From: Azolla caroliniana
Taxonomy: Eukaryota; Plantae; Polypodiophyta
Direction of reading: 5' to 3'
DNA: 12,287 nucleotides
Assembly (NCBI GenBank): GCA_043228905.1
Contig: JBHGNT010001079.1
Span: forward strand, 1-12,287
In this document: positions 1 through 9,300 of the stretch, piece by piece
How the letters are laid out: the number at the start of each line of letters is the position of its first letter
Numbering within the stretch: position 1 is the stretch's first letter
Made by a program: the position numbers and the translations under genes
Notes under the pieces: model-generated
What the model saw: the letters and a program-made list of their open reading frames with translations, nothing else
Database searches by the model: none
Told to the model about the DNA's origin: nothing

Positions 1-315
1 AGCTTTTGCACGAAAAGACCAATGGCCATGGAAGGCTAGGGCCTTGATTTCAGGAAAATCCTGTTGTCTGATGGGTGAAAAATCAGTCAAACCTGTATAT
101 ACACTCAATACTTGCTATATGCTTTTGCTTATTAATCAGATTGCATGTGGTATCAATCAAATTGAGCCAAAAGCCTGCAAGATCTTGTATAGCAATCTTT
201 AGAAGTTACTTGCTTACATAATTTCAGAGTGGAAGTCGATTCTAGGTTTTTTGTGTAACTAATGCTATTAATGAGATTCTGGAAAGAGATTTAACTCATT
301 TTCTTGTTTTCACAG

Positions 316-395
316 GAAAGTGGTGAGCTTGTTGGTTTTCATTCTTTTCGCCATCTTGGTGATCGACTTACACTTTTTTTGGAGTCTGTGAATAG
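316..395 (+). CDS. VPS54: VPS54 exon A (first in window): ESGELVGFHSFRHLGDRLTLFLESVN
   Basis: ttttcacag acceptor ending 315; AG|gtcta donor at 396; phase 2 matches next exon. Confidence 0.85.
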
Positions 396-3300
396 GTCTA
401 TGATTTTCTCCATTTCAGATTTTGATTATTTTAAGTGTTATGCAAATGATGGGTTTGGCATTGTGCTAATACTCAGTTTTTATAAACTGCTCCAGCATGC
501 TTGCAGCTGACTTTGTGAGAGTTACAATTCATGATACCAAGGACCTCGATGCCTCTACAATTATTGCGAAGTTCAAGAAGAGAGATATTTCATGCATTCT
601 GAATGCTAAGGAAGATTTTTCCATTGAGGTATAAGATGTGTAATGTCTGATTTTCTAATCGGTACCATTGAATAGTGTCGCTGCTTAGAAGCGTTCCTAT
701 GTACAAGCACATCTCTAGCCCCACATTATCTTTCTCTTCTATATTATAGGATAACAAAGAGAAAGAAGAGGCTGATAGTGGTCTCCGAGAGCAGCTTCTT
801 CCCCTTGTCATTGGTCTTCTACGAACGGTAAAAATCATATTGTTTCTGATTTAATGCATGTATTGCAAAAAAATTAATAGTGCATAAAATGGTGTAAATT
901 GAATTTTTTTGATTTTATCTGCAGTCAAAACTTCCAGCTGTGTTGAGAATTTACCGTGACACACTGATAACAGACATCAAAGCTGCCATCAAAGTAGTCG
1001 TTGCAGAATTGCTTTCTGTTCTAATATCGAGGCCAATTGATACAGAGACACAACCAAATGAGAGATCGAATGATTTTGAAAGTAGATATGCATGCAAGGC
1101 TATAATTTCATTTTCTTTTCATTTATGCAAATCATTTTCATGCGATGCATTATGCAGGTGGAGGCATATCCCTTGCAAGCAAGTTACGGGGCTTGACAGC
1201 GGAAAGCTTTGTGGAGCTTCTTGCTGGAGTTTTTGATGTGATACAGGTGGGCGTCACAGCGTTTTTATAATTTTGTTTCTTATGTAGCTGAAATGCTAGA
1301 ATGATGGCCAAATCCTCTTTTCCTGATTTTGGTCACAGGGACTTGTAGGTAATTAGAGATGTTTACATGTGTTTGCACTCAGAAACTTCAAGGATATCTT
1401 GTCACGATATTTTAGAATGACACTGAGTAACATGAAATGCTCTAATCCATAAATTGTAATTCTGCAGGTTCGTCTAATACGTGCAGCAGAGATTCGGAGA
1501 ATTATTGAACAGATTATTGAAGGTCTTCAAGGAAGCTATGCTGAGGCTGCTGTGGCAGCTGCTTTTGCTTCTGGTGCAGCGGCTGCAGCTGCAGCTGAGG
1601 CTGCTCAAGCTGATCAGTTGCAGCGAGCATTTCAATTGCAACATGAGAGGTCTAGTGGTACCTATGGAGCATCCATAACAAAGGGTTTAGAAGCACCCAG
1701 TCCCACTTCAATCTCAAGAAATTTCAGGTGGTTCTCATTTATACATACATCAACGAAGTATGACAATACACAATAGATGTATTTAAGTATCTAAATATAC
1801 CTCATATCTGCTGAATAAAAGCATGTGTGAATGACTAAAAAATTCCTCAAACCTAGCCCAATCTACTATATTCAGGTGATTGGTCTATGGAATTTAAGAT
1901 TATAGGCTGTGCATATGCCCAGATTTCAGATTTGAAGAAACTGCATGTAAGAGAATTCATCCTCTGAGTTAGAGCAGCCTGCTTTGTACACTTAGAATCA
2001 GGACTTTTGATAATCATATTATCCTCAATATTATCTCGGTAGTCTTCAAGGATCCAACAGGATATATTTCAATAGCTATGAAGTTTTGGTCAATATTGCC
2101 ATAGTGATAATGCTGTTTGTTTTGTTTTGGATTTTTAGCCATTATGACACTATATTATGAGAATTTTGAAATCAAGAATAACTAAATTTACACTCTTTGA
2201 AGAATCCCACTCTTCACCTCATCATACATATTTTAAGGTGTACCATGTGCAGAATTTAAATTTGCACTTTTTTGAAGTAGGGAAAATGGTGCAACTGCTA
2301 TATCTTTTGTATGTCAATATAAGAACATGCCGATAGATGAAGCTTCTCTTAGTGACTTCTAAAAGACCTTTTTGTGCTTCAGGGCAGATGTTCTTCTTGA
2401 GAATACAGAGGCTGTATGTTCGGCTTGTCATGCCGCCCATGAGAGGTGGGCTAAATTATTAGGTGTGCGGGCTGTAATTCATCCAAAACTTCGATTACGA
2501 GAGTTTGTCAGTATTCATAGCATTACACAGGTTTTCATGCTGGCCACTGAAAAGGTATATAAACATTCAATTACGTATTTTTATTAGATCAATATATTCC
2601 TTTGTATGTGTGGTTGTCTAAGGCCTATTAAAGTTTCTTTTCTGGACTATAGATAGGGGGTCGATATGCTTCAAGTATACGAGGGACACTGCATTCTCAA
2701 TCAAAGGCTTTCGTGGATGTCCAGCATAGCATAAGGGTGAGTATACATATCACATAGTTACGCTACTCAGAGTGTAAGCTAAGGTCATGATTACATGGCA
2801 CAGATGTCAAAAATAACTGCTGTGCTAGATCAAGAGACATGGGTTAGTGTTGATCCACCGGATGAGTTTCAGGCGATTGTGGATACATTTACCCATGAAC
2901 AAGTTGTTAATAATGGCAACTTGGGAAGACAGGAAACCGAAGATATAGAATACTCTTTGACCTCTGAGGCTTCTATTGGTAAAATATCAAATGCAGAAAC
3001 GAGAGGGTCCTCTGAAACCATGACTGGAATCAAGGGACTCGACTCTATTCCTTCTGAGGTTATGGAAAAGCAGAGGAGTCCAGGAGATGCAGGGAAATTT
3101 GAAGGGTCACCAGGGGCAATATCTGGTGATCCTACAAGTTTTCAAGCTTCTTATCAAGAAGTTGATGGTGTTATAGCAAATGGAGTTGAGTCTAAAACTG
3201 CCAAAAGCAGTTTCAGTGGACAGACAGAGGACATGTCAACCACCAGTGCTTCTTCCAAGAGCAAAAAGAGTAGGGATAAGCTAACTGTTAAGACACTTGA

Positions 3301-6300
3301 AGTACGGGGCATGAAATTCCACACTGTTAACAGGTGATCCATTAATAAGTTCGATAATGATGAACTACGTAGGTTGCTGCATTTTGCTGAGGTTATGCTT
3401 TTGTTTGTTTCTACAGTGGTCTCATATTGCTGAAGATGGTTTCTGAGTATGTTCATATCAGTGATGCACTTCCAAGCTTAGCATCTGAAGTTGTACACAG
3501 AGTTGCTGAACTATTGAAAATATTCAATGCACGTACATGCCAGCTTGTATTGGGTGCAGGTGCCATGCAGGTTCTGCCATTCTTTATTGCTACTTTACTA
3601 TAGCTCTGTGTTACTTTTTTATTCTTTCATTGTGATTCTTGAACATGGGTTAGTTTGGCCTTCTATAGGTAATCATTGTTAATCATTGTTTGGATTTGGG
3701 CTACATATATAAGAGCATCTATAACATGAAAAGCATGTGAGGAAGTTCGATTGAAGTTTCCTAAGTCAAATTTCTCAAGCTAGTTTTTATGGAACTTCTA
3801 GAAGAAATATTAATTTTGAAATGAACAAAGAATCTTCATTCATCGACATGGGAGACAACATAGGCTTTGGTTTGCTTAATGTTGTGAATGTCTCCCCATA
3901 TTTGTGGTTTTTTCCCTTTAAATCTTAAAATCAGGTTCCCTTTAGAGAGAATGTAGGGTCATTTCAGAATGCTGAATTCTGCACAAGTTTGATAGTTGAT
4001 TTGCTCTCTTTTCTGTAATATTCATTGAAGAATACCTTGGCAGCTCTATTTGAGGTTTTAGTTGCTGAAATTGGCATAAACTGCTGGCATTATTTCTATG
4101 ACTATCATTTTGTCATCCTTTGCTTATTATTGGCTATGCATCCACTTGCTTATTTCTTAGTTCACATTGCCACCTTTTAAATTGTAAGGGCTCTGTCCAC
4201 CAAGATGTTTAATTTACTCTTTGGTTGCACTTGCATTCAATCCCCTTTTCTGATTTTACCCCTGCTCTTTCATACTTTGGTTTGCTCTGATTCAAATATT
4301 TGTCTAGCTTTCACTTCATTGCAAATGAAAAGTCTCCTCTTTCAAATAACATATCACAAATTTGGACTGTCCGTGATTGCTGTTTTTCTCTATTTCTGAC
4401 TTCTTTAAATCATATCTGGAGAATCTTCTTCCGGAGTCTCATTGCTATCCCCTTCATTTCTAGATGTTGTTACATTGACATGTTTGCTTGCAATTCTTTT
4501 GGAAGCTCATCTTCAGATTCTGTATTGCTGTTTGCTCCTTGGATCAATCCTCAGGCCTTTGTTTCATAGGTCTTTTTGAAGATGTTAATATAAGACTTTG
4601 CACTATCTGGTACACCTCTGAACTATAATGTAAATCAGAGATACAGTGGCTTGGCCCCATAAGTCAACTTGGCCTCCCACAGCCCTTAATATAGCCTTCT
4701 GCCTTTCTCCTTTTATTACTTGCATTGACGAGTTAACATAATAGCTGTAATATTTGGTAGGTTTCCTTGGCCATTATGGTCTATTAGAAGAATAAAATTG
4801 GGATTTGGCATTGTATAAAATTCAGATAAATTTAACTTTTGGTTTCATGGGTTACTTTGGTCTTTTGAAGGTGTTAATATATAATATTGTGCCATTTGGT
4901 ACACCCCCAAACTGTAATGTAGATCATAGATGCAGTGGCTTGGTCCCATAGGGGTCGACTTCGGCCTTCCACGAACCTTAAGATAACCTTCTGTCGTTCT
5001 CCGTTTATTACTCATGTTGATGAGTTAAGATAATAGTTGTAATATTTGGTAGGTTTCGTAGGCCATTATCGTCTTTTAGAAGAGAGAGAGATGAATTTTT
5101 ATTAATTTGGATGCCAGGAATCAAGATGTGTTATCCCTACATGATACCTAATGTCCTTTTTCTATATATGAGAATAGGTTCTCATAATGATTCTAATCAG
5201 AAGTTTTTGTCTGTCTTATTCAGTTATATCTCTTCATTTTCTGTCTCTTGGCTTCTGTGGCATTAACAGGTTTCGGGTTTGAAATCGGTAACTGCAAAAC
5301 ACTTGTCTTTAGCAAGTCAGACCATCAGCTTGTTTCATACACTTATACCAGGTGTGACTGTGCTTCGATTCTATATATTCATACCTTAGAACTCTGGCAT
5401 AGGTGACACAGAAATTATAATGAAAATATATGTTATTCCTTAAATTTTCAGATCTCAAGCGTCTTTTGGGGAGTCATGTGCCGGATGCTCGAAAAGCTTT
5501 GCTATTCACAGAATTAGACCTTGTTGCTCAGGTAATATATGACTTCTAGATTGCATGTTGTTTTTCTCTTTAATTTTAACCGAAAACCCTATTTGTGCTG
5601 CATAGTAAAATATAGAACAAGGCCCCAAGCTTCTATCGCATAGAGAATCTCTGAATCAGGAAATGTTCATATGTACCCATCTCTGCGAAGGGAGCCTTCC
5701 ATATGTACCAAGGTTTTAACTAGATAATTGTGGAACACAGGTCATGCTGCACTGTAGTTAAGTCCTCCAGTCTTTGTGTGTTGTCATCTACCATTGGAAT
5801 TGGAAGAACAATATGTTTGTCACTGCTGTTTATTGCTGACGAAGCACTCAGGCAGCCGAGAAGAGAAAAAATGAATTACAAAAAGGAAGAAGAGCACATA
5901 TTTCAAAAAGGGAGAAAAGTATTAAATTTAAAAAACATTTAAGTTTAATTAATGAAATCATTAAGCAAAAAAACCATTAAATAATTAAGCCATTAAGGAA
6001 ACAAAAAATTAAAGTACAAAACAAAAGACCAACAAACCACTAAACTGGGTCACTTAAACCTTTAAACCACTAAACCTCTAAACCCAGTTTAGAACTGAAA
6101 CCAGACCACTTACTAATACTTGAAACCAAACCATAAACTGCTCATTTGGACTATTCTCAAATCCATGTGCTATCAAATTGGCATGTATCTTTTCATACCA
6201 AGCACGTGGTGCTTGCTTCAATCCATACAATTTCTTAGGCTTCCGGTATACTTTGTTTTCATGCCCTTCTCAAAACAGTGGGCTGAGATACATACACTTC

Positions 6301-9300
6301 TTCACATAGATCACCATGTAGAAATGCAGTTTTAGTGTTCAGCTGATGTACATTATCTCAACGATGATGGCATTTGGGAGTAAAGGTTTCATCAAAATCA
6401 ATGCCCCTTTTTTTGAATATAACCTTTTGCCTCAATTTTAACTATATGCCTATCAATTGTTCCATCAGGCTTTCACTTTAGCTTGTAGACCAAGTGCCAT
6501 TCTTGATAGTAACACCAAATTCTGATTGTATAGCGGTCATTGGATTTTTTGAATTCTAAGTGTCATTAAAAGAAACAGTCTCATTCTCACAACGACTAGG
6601 GACAGCATACCATAACAATCTGATGCAAAAGAGGCATGATGAGAGCATGAACAAATTCGAGTTGACAAGAATGTTTCTAACTTGCTGTCTTTCCAAGTCT
6701 GCACCAGCCATTTGGGCAAAAAATTTCCCTCTTATCTATTTGCTCTTCTTCAATTGCATTTTGCATATCAGCATCAGAAATAGAATATTCAACATCATCA
6801 TTTGAAACCTGGTTATGAGAAGAAATTGCTACACCCTAGTTACTGTCACTGAAAAGAGGCCACAAAGTGTCATAAATATGTTGGGAGTCACTAGATGACT
6901 CCTTAGTATGTGAAAGCAGGGCTGAACTGCATCTTCCACAAAACATCATCACTAATAAGAGTTCGTCTGGTTTCAGGATGATATAAATGATAACCGTTAG
7001 TTTCGAAAATATAACCACCAAAATGCATTTTACAGCTGTCATCCAGTTTCTTGTGTTGTTTTTCAGGAACCAAAGCGTGTTCTAAACATCCAAAAACATG
7101 CAAATGATCAACAAATGGATTTTGGCCATGCCGTGCCTGAAAAGGAGCACAAGTATGTAATGCTCTTGTAGGACACCTATTAAGAACATAGGCAGCACAT
7201 ATAACTGTGTCAAGCCAAAAACAGTGTGGCAATTCCTAACTTTTAATCATACACCAATTTGCCGTGGTGTATAAGGCATTGTATGCTGGTGCTTTATCCC
7301 CCATTCAGCAAGAAATGCAAATCAGATGATACGTACTCCCCCATTGATCAGAATGGAGGGTTCCAAATTTATCTATTTATAAATCATTTTCAACCATCAC
7401 CAAAAAAATTTGAAAGCATGAAAAAGTACATCAGACTTTGACTTACAGGATTAGACCTAAGCATATCTAGATAAAGGTCACAAAATACAGATAGTTCCTA
7501 AATGATTGTGATTGCAATCAATGTGAATAAGCTGCAATTTACCATCAGCTCTCACTGAACCATCTCTAGGTAATGAAAAAGTTGCCTTTTTCCCAAAATG
7601 CTGCCTTCACACACATGTTTAAATGGCGCCTCAAGTTTAGGTGGAGAGGAAACCAGATTGGATTTTTGCAGCCACAATAAACTAGCAAACTTTAAACAGT
7701 CTGTGAATCATTTACTTCCCAGGCTAAATCACCATATTTCTGCTATAATTTGTGAGCTTATACAACCCACGGGAAAGCATACAAGATGTGATGATGGTAT
7801 CACCGTGAGAGAGATCATGCACAATACATCTTTCATCAATAACTCTTGCAAGATCTTGGCCAGTGTTGGAACTTACAATAGTTTTTCTTGATCCATGGTG
7901 CATAAATGTATCTGCAATATTGAAAGTACTACCATCTACTGCAGAAAGCATGATTTCACCAATATCCATCAGAGGATATGATACAATTAACATATGTAAC
8001 AGTTTTTCCTTATAGGGGCAGACTCAAGTGAAGAAGAGAAAATTACGTTGCGAGGCAATATGTTTGGTTCACACCATTATCAAAGTACTAAACATCTGGA
8101 TCTACTAGAGACGTATAATGCTCATGAGAAGCAGGGCCATAACTGCAAAGAGCAGAAAACAGCCATAATTTGAACAAGATTTACAGATTAAGTTGTAGAA
8201 GTTGATGCTTCTAGCGTCCACCTTTGCATCTCTTGGAGATAGCTGAGGACATCTTTTGAGGACATGATTGATTCCCTTACAATCCAGACAAAAAATTCAT
8301 CCAATTTAACCTGAACAACCAGCATCCAAAATATGTCATTGTTTTTAACCATAGCAAGTGACCAACTGATCAAATAACCCAACGGAAAAAAGACTATTTC
8401 AACAGAGGGTTGGGGCAGAAATACCTCGCAGAGTGCTGTTATACTTTTAGCAGACGATGAGACGTGTAGCTCAGTTGTGGAGTTGACTATAGCAGGAGTG
8501 CTCACTGGTTTGAACCTGGTTGCACCGATCTGAGGTGAACAAAGAATGCTGCAGGTAGGCTGAGACTGTGAACAGAAGCATTAATGACGACCTGCTCTGA
8601 CACCAACTATTGGATTTTGTCATTGAAACACAAAAGCAGCAGTAAACATCAGAAATTGGAGAGATTGTATTTTACAAAGGGAGAAGACCACAACAGTCCA
8701 TATTTGTAAGTGTCATGCTTATGTGCTAGGGTAAAAAACTCCTGAAGAAGGAAAAAACCCCAACTATACGTGTGTTCACACATCACTATCACAATATATC
8801 AACTGTTCTTATATAAAAAAGGAGGGAAATACCACTGCCTCTTCAAATAAGGCTTTGATCCACTGCAAGATAATGGAATGTGAAGACCGACAATGCTTGG
8901 GACTGTTCTTGCTAGAACTCAAGGGACATAGAGAGAAGTTGTTGGAAGAACAACGATGCAACCACATCAACTCCTTAACAAAGAACTATCACAAATTTCT
9001 TTGGCTCCATCACACCTCATGCTACAAGTCCATCAAGGGTCACATAGCTGGGGTTTCAACCAGGGAACTGAAAAAGGGGTAGAATAGATTGGGCAATAGC
9101 AATGTGTTGTGCATATAGGCAATGCCCATTGGCTCCATGGCCTCGCCACCCTTGTCATAGACAGAAAAAGGCCATTGTCACCCGACATGGAAACTGCTTC
9201 GGAGACAATATTTTAAGATGTAACCTATTTTTGTACTTACAAGCATTTTTCCCTCTTAAAAGTCTTTTGCCATCTCTTTTTCGTATATTCACCTGTGGCC

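Larger units (their letters stand above)
6138..8980 (-). mobile_element. Degenerate, 3'-truncated Ty1/copia LTR retrotransposon in VPS54 intron 5532..9655, antisense to the host gene
   Basis: Minus-strand order is LTR, PBS, gag relic, protease (V*YFDNG for WYFDSG), GAG-pre-integrase (KHVCEGSILGK), integrase (HSD.GEY, PYTPRQIGV, AYVLNRCPT, HLHVFGC, KKLD), RT (KTAFLHGDL, LYGLKQAPRAWYEK). IN before RT is diagnostic of copia. Many stops, frameshifts and deletions. Outer boundaries are approximate. Confidence 0.92.

Noticed and set aside
1-315. Possible promoter or additional exon
   Set aside because: The protein is 5'-partial and I found no VPS54-like frame here; treated as intron
590-838. Minus-strand 82-aa ORF (also 2222..2440, 3154..3456, 9488..9685, 10013..10210)
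   Set aside because: Antisense shadows of VPS54 exons and introns; no recognisable motifs
1481-1678. Leu/Gln-rich 65-aa plus-strand ORF
   Set aside because: Alternative frame of the GCN-rich exon F
4205-4569. Hydrophobic plus-strand ORFs that look like membrane peptides
   Set aside because: Expected artefact of T-rich intronic sequence; no support as genes
5436-5451. TTCCTTAA near the acceptor as a U12 branch point
   Set aside because: The donor is GTGTGA with no U12 character and the motif is only about 8 nt from the AG
5668-5709. 10-bp direct repeat catatgtacc flanking 22 bp
   Set aside because: Insert too short and featureless to call an element; could be chance or repair filler
5532-6137. 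Search for the copia 3' LTR, PPT and TSD
   Set aside because: No similarity to 8608-8980 seen, so the element cannot be called full-length or dated
6120-7891. Plus-strand ORFs 6120..6335, 6560..6805, 7259..7441, 7598..7891
   Set aside because: Opposite strand of the copia pol relic
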